A stretch of 64,000 bases of DNA from an uncultured delta proteobacterium (GCA_963841435.1 CAWJCS010000006.1:1632001-1696000), one strand, 5' to 3'. Positions 43,794 to 54,942 are shown, numbered from the stretch's first letter. The notes: generated by a model from the sequence alone, not told the origin. Made by a program: numbers and translations.

Positions 43794-43826
43794 GCGACGG
43801 CGCGAGAGCCGCCGCCAACCGCGGCG

Positions 43827-44789
43827 TCAGAAGCCGTAGGCGCCGCCAACCGCGAGCGCGAAGCCGATGGCCGTCGCGGGAACCATCGCGAGCACGCGTA
43901 GCTCGCCCGTGATCATCACATTGCCGATGCCGTAGCCGACGCCGCCGCCCGGCGCGACGAACGCCGTGCCCGTCTTGCGCCAGGCGTGCAGCGTCCCCGA
44001 CTGGTGGTCGTCGGCGTGCTGCTTGTCCTTGTAGAACTGGACGGCCACGAGTCCGTCCACCTCACCGAGCCCCAAGCCGAGTGAGGCGAACGGTCGGAGC
44101 CCGGGGTGCGCGAACGGCGCAGCGCCGAAGAAATAGGCTCCGCGAAGCTCCACGTGGAGCGGCAAGGATGCGCCCACGCCCTCCACGGTCGGCGCCTCGC
44201 GAAACGCGTACCCGACGCGCGCGCCGGCCAGCAGCCGGCCGATGAAGAGCCGGTCGTAGCCAACGAGCACCCGCGTCGTCGTGAGCCCGAAGCCGCCCGA
44301 GACCACGTTGCCGGCGCCGGAATAGACGCGGTCCGAGTACAGGCCCTTGTCGTCACGGCAGGTGTACTGCGTCGCGCCGGGGGACTTCTTGCCGTTCTCG
44401 TCGATCGAGGGGCAGACGCCCGGCGTGGACGGGAAAATCAGCGAATCCTGCTGAACGCTCAGGCTCACCCAGTTGAGCTTCGACGGGCCACGCGAACGTG
44501 CCTCGTCATCGGACTCGGAGATGGGCTTTTCCGCCGGCTCTTCCTCCTCGAGCTCGATGACCTCGATCTTCTGCCCCTTGGTGTTGGTCGTGGTCATGAC
44601 GATGTCGTCGGAATCGTGCTCCACGGCAGCGGGCTTGGACTCCTTCGACTTCTTCTTCTTGGTCTTGGCGTTGTGCTGCGAGCTCTGGGCGACAGACTTC
44701 GCGGGGGCGGTCGCCGGCCAGCCGAGAGCCGCGAAGAGCAGGCACGCCGCGCCTTTGCTGCGGGCGGATCGCCAAGGGAAGCGGGCCAT
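43827..44789 (-). CDS. Secreted protein, probable small outer-membrane beta-barrel
   Basis: Signal peptide; amphipathic strands (RVLVGYDR, GARVGYAF, HVELRGAY); C-terminal GGAYGF. Confidence 0.55.
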   Translation of the reverse strand: MARFPWRSARSKGAACLLFAALGWPATAPAKSVAQSSQHNAKTKKKKSKESKPAAVEHDSDDIVMTTTNTKGQKIEVIELEEEEPAEKPISESDDEARSRGPSKLNWVSLSVQQDSLIFPSTPGVCPSIDENGKKSPGATQYTCRDDKGLYSDRVYSGAGNVVSGGFGLTTTRVLVGYDRLFIGRLLAGARVGYAFREAPTVEGVGASLPLHVELRGAYFFGAAPFAHPGLRPFASLGLGLGEVDGLVAVQFYKDKQHADDHQSGTLHAWRKTGTAFVAPGGGVGYGIGNVMITGELRVLAMVPATAIGFALAVGGAYGF

Positions 44790-44893
44790 GGAAAGTCGGG
44801 GGACCATAGCAACGGCTCGCCACGGCCTGCAATCGGGCTCGGGCTCCGATTTTCGGCGCAAGAACTCCTGATTTGAGTCGGGCGACCTTGCAG

Positions 44894-46071
44894 CTAGGTG
44901 TGCTCGTTCGCGCCGGCACATGCCGCGGTAGCGAAAACTTCCACGGATCGGCCGAAGGCGTCTCGCAGCCGTGCGCGCCAGGCGTCGCCGAGCGTGTCGA
45001 TGGCTCGCCCCGCGGCGAGCGCGATCGCGCAGCCACCGAAGCCCCCGCCCGTCATGCGGGCGCCGTACACGCCGGGGATCTCGAGCGCGACCTCGACGGC
45101 GAGGTCGAGCTCGGCGAGCTCACTTCGTAGTCGTCGCGCAACGACGCGTGCGAGGCGCCCATGAGGCTGCCGAGCCGGTCGAGCTCCCCGTGTTCGAGGA
45201 GCTCTGCCGCCATGAGCGTACGCCCGTTCTCGCTGACGACGTGGCGCGCGCGGCGTAGCAGCGTGTCCGGCAGCTCGTGGGCGTAGCGTTCGAAATCAGC
45301 GAGTGAAACGTCGCGCAGCGAGCGCACGCCGGGGATCTTCTTCGCGAAGTGCGCAGCCGCGCGCTCGCACTCTGCGCGGCGCTCGTTGTACGCCGACGTC
45401 GCGAGATCGTGCTTGACCTTGGTGTCGCAGACGACGATGCGCGCGCCGCCGAGGTCGAGTGACACCACGCGCGGCTCGAGCGAGCGGCAGTCGATGAGCA
45501 GCGCGCCCCCGGCGACGCCGAGGGATGCGATTGCCTGATCCATGATGCCGCAGCGCGTGCCCACGTACTCGTGCTCGGCCGCCTGCCCCGCGAGCGCGAG
45601 CGTCATGCGATCGATGGTCTCGTGCCCCGCGAGCGACGCGAGCGCGAGCCCGACGGCGATCTCGAGCGCCGCCGAGGCCGAGAGACCCGCGCCCGGCGGT
45701 ACCTCACTGTCGATGAGCAGGCTCGCGCCACGCACGGGCACACCGCGCGCGATGAGCGCCCTCGCCGTTCCCTCGACGTAGTCGCCCCACGTGCCACGCC
45801 GTGGCACGCCTGGGTCGGCGAGCGTGAATTCGAACGGCTCGGGCTGGCCCGTCGAGACAGCGACGACCCGACCGTCGTCGCGCGGCGCCGCAGCGACACG
45901 CGTGCGCCGATCGATCGCCATGGGCAGCACGAAGCCGTCGTTGTAGTCGGTGTGCTCGCCGATCAGGTTCACGCGCCCGGGCGCGGAGAAGAGCCGCGCC
46001 GACCCGCCGAAACGGCGAGTGAAGGCTTCCGCGAGGCCGGTCAGGGTCGTCACGCGCTCGGCGTCGAGCAT
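44894..46071 (-). CDS. galK: Galactokinase with one apparent frameshift near 45113
   Basis: [44 protein letters not shown]; the shifted frame continues [14 protein letters not shown] to TAG at 44894. Confidence 0.92.
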
Positions 46072-46090
46072 GCCACGCCCGAAGCCCGGG

Positions 46091-47624
46091 TTACCACCAG
46101 AGGCTCGCCGTGAGCGCCAGCATGCTCTTGTCCGGGGCGATGGTCGGGTCGTCGTGCGGGGGGTAGCCGCCGCGCACGACCGTGCGGCTGCCGTAGACGA
46201 ACCGCGTGTACTGGAGCGCGACCTGATCGTGCGCGTTCCATCCCGATCGGAACAGCAGACGCGGCGAGATCTCGAAGAAGGCCGTGTCCGAGTCGTTGAA
46301 CGTCGGGCCAAACCTGATCGGCACGCGCCGAAACGCCGAACCAGGGCAGGATGGCGTAGCTTGCCTCGGCGCCGAGCTTGCGCTTGGTCACGCCGTCGTA
46401 AAGCGCCCGACCCGTTGCAGGGTCAACGGATTTGTCGTGGCTCGAGACGTGGGTCTGCATGCCGAACAGGCTGACGACGATGTCGGGGCCCTCACCCACG
46501 AAGTAGGGACCGTAGAGCAGCCTCGAGATGCTGAGATCGTACTGCGCTCCCAGCGTGAAAAGAGAGCCCGTGGCGGCGCTCTTCGGCCCGAAATACTGGT
46601 CCATGAGCCCGACGCCGCTGTCGACGTTCAGGACCTCGATGATGCGGCCGAGCGAGCGCGCGTAGTCGGCGCCGTGGTGCACGGCGCCGAAGTAGAAATG
46701 CCCGAAGCGGCTCAGCGTGAGCCCCAGATCGGCGCCCAGGATGGTGACGCGCCCGTCGGGTTGGTCGTTCTGGCTCGCGCGGTCGTCCTGCGTAAACGCC
46801 GACAGGTAGTGCAAGCCGAGCACGCCCATGCCGCCGTAGCCGATGCCGACGTGCTCACCGAACACCCAGCCCGCGCCGGTGCGCGAATCGGCAAAGTCGT
46901 TCGAATAGTCGGGGGTGATGCCGTTCCATGGCTTGTCGGCCTGCCCCTGGATCTCCTGCGCAAGCAACAGGGAAAAGTCGCCGAAGGAGAAGCCGGCGTT
47001 GACGGCCTCGCCGATGCCGTTCGTGCGCACGATGATGGGCGTCGCGTAGCGTCCCTCGTCCCACTCTCCCATGCTGCCGTAGCGCTGGGAAAACGCGCCA
47101 ATCGTCACGGAAAACCGAGCATTCTTCAGGAGGTCGGAGAGCTCGAAGTCGAGGTACGCGTCCTCGATGCCGGGGTTCTTCGGCGGATCGAAGAACGACG
47201 CGGCCGTGCGCGGCTGGCGCGAAACGACGGAGATGTTGCCCGTGACGATGGGGTTGCCGTACGTGAAGCGCAAATCGACGTAGGGCTGAGGAACCGTGCC
47301 CGTGTAGTTGAAGCTGTCGGTGTAGTCGGGAACGACGGGCGGAGCGTGCAACGTCGACTTCTGCTGCTTGGCCGCGACCGTGGTGCGCTCGCCGAAGCCG
47401 GCGCGGAGCGGCATCATCATCATGCCGTGGAAGTCGAAGCGCCAATCGCTCTCGTCCTTCGCCGCGTGATGGTACGCGGGGGCAATGCCGCCGGGCACCG
47501 GGCCCGCTTGCGGGGCGCTCGGGGAAAGCCCCAAGACGGGCGGCGACGCGCTCTCCTCGGCCAAAGCCGGCAGCGCGAGGCTCACCGAACAGCCGAGAAT
47601 GGCGAATTTGAGGCCAGCGTTCAT
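46091..47624 (-). CDS. Putative outer-membrane carbohydrate porin, divergent LamB-like (paralog 2); frameshift near 46310
   Basis: Signal peptide (PALA-E), WRFDFHG, strong similarity to paralog 1; C-terminal TASLWW lies in small ORF 46091-46324. Confidence 0.65.
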
Positions 47625-47662
47625 GAGGAACCTCTTTTTTCGTTCGCGGCACACATCGTTTC

Positions 47663-49646
47663 TCACCACCACATCCCGAAGCCTGCGCTCACGACGTCGC
47701 TGTCGAGCTTCTCGACGGGCGGGGCGTTGAAGCTCACGGGTGGCTCCGAGCCGTAAATCCACTTGTTGTACTGCAGCGACACGGTCTCGCGGCTGCTCCA
47801 CGTGGTCCGAAAGACCGCCCGCGTCATGAGCGCCGTGTAGGCCTTGTTCGGGCGGTCGAGCTCGGGGCTCACCCGGTCGGCGCGGAACTCCGCCGCGAAC
47901 CAGGGGAACAGACTCGCGAAGACATTGAAGCCCGCGCGAACCATCGACCAACCGTTGCGCAGCGGGTCGTGGCTCTTGATGCGGCCGTACTGCACGCCGA
48001 GCGCCGTGGTGACGTTTCGGCCTTCGCCCCAGAACGGGTCGGGCGAGCGCCAGAGCGTGCCCCAGCTGAGCTCGGTCTCGGCGGAGGCACTCCACATGCT
48101 GCCCGCCCAGTTGTTGTCACTATCGAACGAGCGCGGGCCGATCCAGGTATTGGAGAACGTCTCGCCGTCGCCGACGTACGAGATGGCGAGGCCGTGCAGC
48201 GCGTAGGCGTTCTTGGCGCGGCCGTACAGGACGCCCGCACCGCCTTGGTACCAGTTGCCTTTGAAGCCGAACGTCGCGCCGTAGGCGTCGTAGCGGCCGT
48301 CGTTGCGACGGCGACTCTCGTCGATGCCCGGTGTTTCCGGGCGCGGATCGGGGTTGTAGTTGCTGCGGCTCTGACCCTCGAGCGGCGGCTCGGCGGGCGG
48401 CAGGTAGCCGCGCTCGTCGTGGCTGAAGTTGTTCAGCCAGTGAAGCTGCGCGCGGAGCGACACATCGCCGTTGCGGATGAGCCCGAGGTGCGCGTGGTGA
48501 ATCCATGCTGCCGGGTCGTACGAATCGCCGAAGTTGTTCGGCGCGACCGTGTCGCCTTGCGGCGAATCCTCGGGCAATATCGGGTGGTTCTGCCCGCCCG
48601 GCGCCTTGTCGCCGCTCGAGTGAACGCCATGGTCGAGCGTCACGACCCACGTGTCGGAGATTGCGTACTCGGCCGACGTCGTCTCGCCGACACCGGCGAC
48701 TCTACCGACGGCGTTGCTGTAGAAGCCGCCGCCGTAGTTGCCGAGGTTGCCGTACGTCACGCTGAACGCGCCGAACGAGAACCCAAGCCGCAGTTTTCCG
48801 ATCTGTGGCAAGCGCGCCGTGATGAAGGCCGAATCGATGAAGTTCTGGCTGCCGAGCTGGAAGAACGAAGCGCCGCGCGTCGGGTTCCAGGTCGTGAGGT
48901 TCATGTGAGCGGTAACGTTGCGGTTGCCGTACTCGAACTTCATCTCGACCCAGCTGCCCTGCGCCCCGCCCGCGCTGAAGCTGCCGCCGGTGTCCACCGT
49001 GTTGCGGAAAATCAGGTCGGACTGGCGCGGCGCCAGCGCGACGTGCGAAAGCTCGCGCGAACGGATCGAGCCGCGCACGCCGGCGGCGAAGAAGCCGGTG
49101 TAATTGAACGTCCAGACGTCGCGCGGCGCCGGCGCGCCGTACGGCACCGTGAGCCCACCCGCGACGGGGCCCGAATGCGGCGCGTAGGAGGGCAGGCCAA
49201 GCGCGGGGTAGCGCCGGTAGCCGGGGACGTAGCCTGGACGGTCGAGCTCGTCGGGAGGCAAAGCGGGCGGGGCCGAGGCGGCAGCGGCGGCTGGCGGTGG
49301 CGCTGCTTCGGGCGGAGCGGGGGGTGATGCCGCAGCGGCGGCGACGGGCGGCGAAGCCGCGGCAGCATCGGCGGAGGCGGGCGCCGCATCGTTGGGTGAC
49401 GCGGGCGCAGCCGCAGGCGCTTCGGCTCCCGGCGGCGTCGGCTGGGGCGCGCCAGGCTCGGCTGCCGCACCCGGAGACGGCGCAGTCGGAGCCGGCGCGG
49501 GTGTCGCGGGCGCGGGGGCTTGCGCGGCGACAGGCACGGCGACCAGAAGCGCCGCGAGCGAGACGAGGCACGCCGGTCCGAGGCCGGAGCAAGACGGTGC
49601 CTTGTCGCCCAGTGACAGCGGCTTCGATCAGCTGGCGTAAGCTCAA
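47663..49646 (-). CDS. Putative outer-membrane carbohydrate porin, divergent LamB-like (paralog 3); start uncertain, likely frameshift in the signal region
   Basis: In-frame hydrophobic LVSLAALLVAVPVAA-Q, Pro/Ala linker, WTFNYTG, FPWFAAEFRADRVSP, C-terminal GFGMWW. Confidence 0.6.
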
Positions 49647-49667
49647 GCGCTGTGCTCCGATTTTCGC

Positions 49668-51185
49668 TCAGGGGCGCTTGCGATAAAAGCCGATGTCGTT
49701 GACGTAGGTGTCGAGATAGCCGGCGCTGAAGTAGAGGGCGACCGACCAGATGCCGCTCGGGTTGAAGCGGCGCGCGATTCGGCGTGAAACGGCGGAATTC
49801 CGACCACGGGATCGTGAAAAGCCTCCACTCCGTGTCGACGACGACGTTCGCCTCGAAGCCGTCACCACAGCGGTTCTCGTTCTTCTCGGGCAGCGCAGGA
49901 TTCGCCGGGCTCCCAGCAGTAGTAGCCGGACGCCTGATCGAATCGGAAGACGTACGGATTGCAGGCGCGGCCGCCGAACTGCGGGTCACCCGGTGCCGTC
50001 GGGCGTCTCTTCTGCCATGGTCCGCGGGCAGCAGAGCGGGATGTTGCGATCGTCAGTCCGTCGAAGGCGACCTGATAGGTGCCGCCGTCGTCCCGACGGC
50101 GTCCGATCCGGACGTCCTGATCGGCGGGTCACGAAAGTCGACATGCCCGTCACGGTCCGTCGCGGAGCTCCGGAGGGCGCTGCGCTCACCGGGCAACTAG
50201 CAGCGCTGTTCGTCCTCCTTCTGCACGCCTCACGATGCCGCCGGTCCTCGTAAACCAGGGCATCTCGTACTCGACGGAGTTGCAGTGGCGACAGCAACTC
50301 TTCGTCCGCTTGACACGCCGGCCCGGGCGGATTGCTGGCCGGGTCACTCATCTTCGCGTCGTAGGCGGCGCGCTCCACCTCGAGCGCGAGCCCCTCACTC
50401 GTGTTGTTGTCGTTGAGCGCCACGCGCAACGTGGACTGTCCACCGGGCCCGCGCCGCGCCCAGAACGCAAGCCCTTCGAAATCCGACACGTCGAGCCCGA
50501 GGCGCGAGCCCTGCCCCTGCACCGGGGTCATCCAGAAGCCGCACGTGTCTATCGGTCGCCGTCGGCCCCAAGCCGATTCCGACCGGCTGGCCTTCGAGCT
50601 CTACAGGGCAGTACCTCTCGACGTATTTCGCCCCGCGCACGATGGCGTATTGCGTGACGTAACCGCCACCCCACGAGACGAACGGGCCGCCCTGGAGGTG
50701 CAGCGCGTAGTTGCTCGAGCAGCGCGCCCCGCCCGGCATCGTTCGCAGATCCGGCACCTGGAGGCCCCAGTACGGCGCCGGAACCGTGGCCGGCGTGTCG
50801 GTCGAGCTCGACGCTGGAACCCACCTGATTGGGCTCGATCGGAATCCCGGGCTCGCCGTAGTTGAACCACGTTGGAGCAAACGCCTGCTCGAAGTCGTGC
50901 GATCGTCATGATCTCGAGGTCGTCGCCCTGAGCGCAATTCGTGCACGACGGACCCGGGTCGGGGCGCATCCCCATATCGGTGATGGCCTGCGCGTCGGTC
51001 GTCGGGACGCCCCAGTACACCGAGCCGTCGGGAACCTCGGGAGGCGGCGTTCCGCCGTCGAGCAGCTCCGCGCACGTCGGGCGCGGTCGATCGCTCGAAA
51101 CACAGGCCGCCCCGACGAAACCAAGCGCAGCGAGCACGATCCCCAAGCGGATGATCCACTGCGCTTTCTTGGGGGAGCTCTGCAT
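49668..51185 (-). CDS. Cys-rich lipoprotein with a CBM11-like domain; several apparent frameshifts
   Basis: Lipobox VGAAC; fragments in different frames give WGGG, LDVSDFEGLAFWAR, EWRLFTIPWSEF, LDTYVNDIGFY. Confidence 0.6.
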
Positions 51186-51468
51186 ACGCCGGGCCTTGGG
51201 CCGGCCGCGCCGGCGTCAGCGTACCTACCAGAGCGTTCCGCCAGGCGGCCAGCAAAAATGCGACGAGCAGAGCAAAAATGCTATCTCCGACCCCTCGTGG
51301 CAATTTCCGCCCAGATGGGGATCGGATAGCGCGATGCGTCGAAGCCTCACGCACAGTCGAAGGCGCCCGCGATACCGCGCCGCCCGAGCCACCCATGTCG
51401 GGCGGGTATGATGCGAGGCTCGCAGGCGCACGGTATCGCGACATTCCCCCGAAAGCGAAAGTGAGTCG

Positions 51469-52617
51469 ATGGCAGGCGTCGTTCTGACGGACGTAGTGAA
51501 GATCTTCGACAGCGGCGTCAAAGTCGTCGATCGCTTCAACCTCGAGATCCAAGATCGCGAGTTCGTGGTGCTCGTCGGTCCCTCGGGCTGTGGGAAATCG
51601 ACGACGCTGCGCATGGTGGCGGGGCTCGAGGACATCACGAGCGGCACCATCGCCATCGGGGGCAAGGTCGTGAACGACGTGCCGCCGAAGGATCGCGACA
51701 TCGCCATGGTGTTTCAGAGCTATGCGCTCTACCCGCACATGACGGTGTACGAGAACATGGCGTTCGCGCTCAAGCTCCGGAAGCAGCCGAAGGCCACCAT
51801 CGACGAGAAGGTGCGCCACGCCGCCCAAATCCTCGGCATCGAGGGGCTGCTCGCGCGCAAGCCGAAAGCGCTTTCCGGCGGGCAGCGGCAACGCGTCGCC
51901 GTCGGACGCGCCATCGTGCGCGACCCCAAGTGCTTTCTGTTCGACGAGCCGCTCTCGAACCTCGACGCCAAGCTTCGCGTCGAGATGCGCGCCGAGATCA
52001 AGCACATCCACATGAGCTTGAACGCGACGACGATCTACGTCACGCACGACCAGGAAGAAGCGATGACGCTCGGTGACCGCGTCGTCGTGATGAAGGACGG
52101 CGTCATTCAGCAATGCGCGAACGCGCTCGAGGTCTATCACCATCCCGAGAATCGCTTCGTCGCCGGGTTCCTCGGCAGCCCACCCATGAACTTCTTCACG
52201 GGTCGCATCCTCGGCGACGCTCAGCGGCTCGTCTTCGACGAGGGCACCGGCAAGCTCCCCGTACCCGACTGGGCGAAGAGCGCCCTCGAGCCCTACGTTG
52301 ACAAGGAAGTCGTGCTCGGGGTGCGCCCCGAGGCGCTGTCGGACAAGGGCCACGCCCGCTTCGCCGCGACGGACAACCATTTGACGATGCGCGTCACGCT
52401 CGTGCAGCCCCTCGGCGATCGCATGGACGTGTACCTTTCCACGGATTCCCACCCGCACTCCGTGGCGCAGGTCGCCGCGCACATGGGCCTCAATCCCGGC
52501 ACCACCATGCCGGTCTACTTCGACCCCAGCCGACTGAATTTCTTCGAGCCCGGCGAGATCGGCAAGCGCATCGTCACGAACCCGGCGTCCACCGCCGAGT
52601 CGAGCACCGCTGCCTAG
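51469..52617 (+). CDS. Carbohydrate ABC transporter ATP-binding protein (MsiK/UgpC/MalK family)
   Basis: [55 protein letters not shown]-like tail. Confidence 0.95.
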   Translation: MAGVVLTDVVKIFDSGVKVVDRFNLEIQDREFVVLVGPSGCGKSTTLRMVAGLEDITSGTIAIGGKVVNDVPPKDRDIAMVFQSYALYPHMTVYENMAFALKLRKQPKATIDEKVRHAAQILGIEGLLARKPKALSGGQRQRVAVGRAIVRDPKCFLFDEPLSNLDAKLRVEMRAEIKHIHMSLNATTIYVTHDQEEAMTLGDRVVVMKDGVIQQCANALEVYHHPENRFVAGFLGSPPMNFFTGRILGDAQRLVFDEGTGKLPVPDWAKSALEPYVDKEVVLGVRPEALSDKGHARFAATDNHLTMRVTLVQPLGDRMDVYLSTDSHPHSVAQVAAHMGLNPGTTMPVYFDPSRLNFFEPGEIGKRIVTNPASTAESSTAA

Positions 52618-52700
52618 CCGCTCCCGAAGTCCGCGGCGATGTGCGTCATCGCCCGAGGGCCTTCCCAGCGACGCCATCGTGGTATAGGCACGCCGGCGTC

Positions 52701-53984
52701 ATGGCAGATCTCGACAAGCTCGCAATCCTCGTCGGCGGCGGTCCCGCCCCCGGTATCAACAGCGTGATCGGCGCGGCGACGATCCGCGCTTGCCTCTCGG
52801 GTCTGAAGGTCGTCGGCATCCAGGACGGCTTCCAGTGGATCATGCGGGGCGACACGGAGCACGCCCGGCCGCTCGACATCGACGACGTGTCGCGAATCCA
52901 TTTCCGCGGCGGCTCGGTGCTCGGTACGGCGCGGGCGAACCCGACCAAGGACGCGAAGCACCTCGCGGGGGCGCTCGAATCGCTGAAGAAGCTCGGCGTG
53001 GGCAAGCTCGTCACGATCGGCGGCGACGACACGGCGTTCTCCGCGCTCAAGCTCGCAGAGGCGTCGCAGGGCTCGCTCAGGGTCGTCCACGTCCCGAAGA
53101 CGATCGACAACGACCTCGACCTACCCGACAGCATCCCGACGTTCGGGTACCAGACCGCGCGCCATGTCGGCACGGGCATCGTCCGGGATCTGCTCACGGA
53201 CGCTCAAACCACGTCGCGCTGGTACTTCGTGGTCGCGATGGGCCGCAAGGCCGGGCACCTCGCGCTCGGCATCGGGAAGGCCGCGAGCGCGACGCTCACG
53301 GTGATTCCCGAGGAATTCGGCCGCAAGATCGTGCCGCTCGACGAGATGGCCGACATTCTCGTCGGGGCCATCATCAAGCGCCTCACCCACGGCCGTCCGG
53401 ACGGCGTCGCCGTCCTCGCCGAAGGGCTCGTCGAGCACCTCTCGGAGGACGAGCTCAAGACGGTCGCCGGCGACGTCGAGCTCGACGAGCACGGCCACAT
53501 CCGAATGGCGGAGGTCGAGTTCGGACCCATCATCAAGAATCGCGTGCAAGCAAAGCTCAAGGCGCTCGGCGTGAACACCACCGTCGTCTCGAAGAACATC
53601 GGTTACGAGCTCCGCTGCACCGATCCGATCCCCTTCGACATGGAGTACACGCGTGACCTCGGTTACTGCGCCGCGAAGTACCTGATCGAGGGAGGCTCGG
53701 GCGCCATGGTCAGCATGCAGCAGGGCAAGTTCAAGCCCATCAAGTTCGGCGACATGCTCGACCCCGCAACGGGCCGCACGCGCGTTCGCATGGTCAACAC
53801 CGACACGGAGTCCTACAAGATCGCGAGGCGCTACATGATTCGTCTGCGCCGCGACGACTTCGACGAGCCAGCCGAGCTCGCCCAACTTTCCAAGACGGCC
53901 AAGCTCGAGCCCGCGGCGTTCCGCAAGCGCTTCGAGTACCTCGTGAAGAACGAGGCGCCGCCGCTCACGTTCAACTACCCGTAG
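52701..53984 (+). CDS. pfp: Pyrophosphate-dependent phosphofructokinase
   Basis: GGGPAPGIN, TIGGDDT (Asp) and PKTIDND (Lys) PPi-type signatures, MGRKAG, GYELRC. Confidence 0.88.
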   Translation: MADLDKLAILVGGGPAPGINSVIGAATIRACLSGLKVVGIQDGFQWIMRGDTEHARPLDIDDVSRIHFRGGSVLGTARANPTKDAKHLAGALESLKKLGVGKLVTIGGDDTAFSALKLAEASQGSLRVVHVPKTIDNDLDLPDSIPTFGYQTARHVGTGIVRDLLTDAQTTSRWYFVVAMGRKAGHLALGIGKAASATLTVIPEEFGRKIVPLDEMADILVGAIIKRLTHGRPDGVAVLAEGLVEHLSEDELKTVAGDVELDEHGHIRMAEVEFGPIIKNRVQAKLKALGVNTTVVSKNIGYELRCTDPIPFDMEYTRDLGYCAAKYLIEGGSGAMVSMQQGKFKPIKFGDMLDPATGRTRVRMVNTDTESYKIARRYMIRLRRDDFDEPAELAQLSKTAKLEPAAFRKRFEYLVKNEAPPLTFNYP

Positions 53985-54058
53985 CATCTTGCGCCGCGGC
54001 ACGGCCCGGCCCGGCGCGGGTCGTCGGCGGCCCATCTGTCACCTCGGAGGGACCCGCC

Positions 54059-54577
54059 ATGACCCACCCCATCATCAATCTCGCCGACGTCGAGCTCCTG
54101 CCGCGACCGGCCGCCATGGCGGCCGAGGGGCCAGCCGCCGAGCGCTTCGACGCACGCATGGGGCTCATCGCCCCGCGCATCGGCGCGCAGAAGCTCGGCT
54201 ACAACCTGACGGCCGTACCGCCCGGCAAGCGCGCGTTCCCGCTTCACAACCATCACATCAACGAGGAGATGTTCTTCGTGCTCGATGGCGAGGGCGAGGT
54301 GCGCATCGGCGACGAGACCCACCCCATCCGCGCCGGCGACTTCATCGCCTGCCCACCAGGCGGCAAGGACCGGGCACATCAGATCGCCAACACGGGGAGC
54401 ACGGAGCTTCGCTACCTCGCCGTGAGCACCAAGCTCGTGCCAGAGGTCGTCGAGTACCCGACCACGGGGAAGTTCGGGCTGCTCGCCGAGCTCGCGACGA
54501 GCACCGGTGAAAAGCCGCGGACCTTGCGCTTCGTCGGACGCGAGGACCAGAGCCTGCCCTACTGGGAAGGCGAGTGA
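54059..54577 (+). CDS. Cupin-domain protein
   Basis: GGAGG RBS; PPGKRAFPLHNHHINEEMFFVLDGEG, AHQIANTG, YWEGE. Confidence 0.9.
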   Translation: MTHPIINLADVELLPRPAAMAAEGPAAERFDARMGLIAPRIGAQKLGYNLTAVPPGKRAFPLHNHHINEEMFFVLDGEGEVRIGDETHPIRAGDFIACPPGGKDRAHQIANTGSTELRYLAVSTKLVPEVVEYPTTGKFGLLAELATSTGEKPRTLRFVGREDQSLPYWEGE

Positions 54578-54622
54578 CGCGCCGTCCCGATGCCCCCCTT
54601 CCGCCTCCCCCTCCCCATTCCT

Positions 54623-54667
54623 GAGCGGGACACGGGACTCGAACCCGTGACCCCGAGCTTGGGAAGC
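54623..54667 (-). mobile_element. Isolated 3' half of tRNA-Gly(CCC): att-site remnant bounding an integrated element
   Basis: Minus strand GCTTCCCAAGCTCGGGGTCACGGGTTCGAGTCCCGTGTCCCGCTC gives anticodon loop, T arm and acceptor 3' strand; no D arm or 5' acceptor strand upstream. Confidence 0.8.
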
Positions 54668-54942
54668 GAAGCGCGTGAGCCGATCCGGCAGGATTCCTGC
54701 GGGTCCGAGCGGCACCACCTCACGGGGGACGATGCGAAACCGCGCGATCCGTTCGGCCCGTGCAGAAACGCCATGCTGAAACTGGGAGCCCGGGGGAAGG
54801 CCGCGGACGCTGCTCTAACCATCTACCTCCGGACGCTAGCAGATGACCTTGCCGAGGGCTGGCTCTCGCCCGGCGGAGACGCGTGATTGGGGTCGCGGTA
54901 GCGTCGAGTCCTGCCGGTCGGCGCCGACCGGCAGTGGCGGTC

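Noticed and set aside
54623-54700. Complete tRNA-Gly gene
   Set aside because: The 5' acceptor strand, D arm and most of the 5' anticodon stem are missing; treated as an att remnant.
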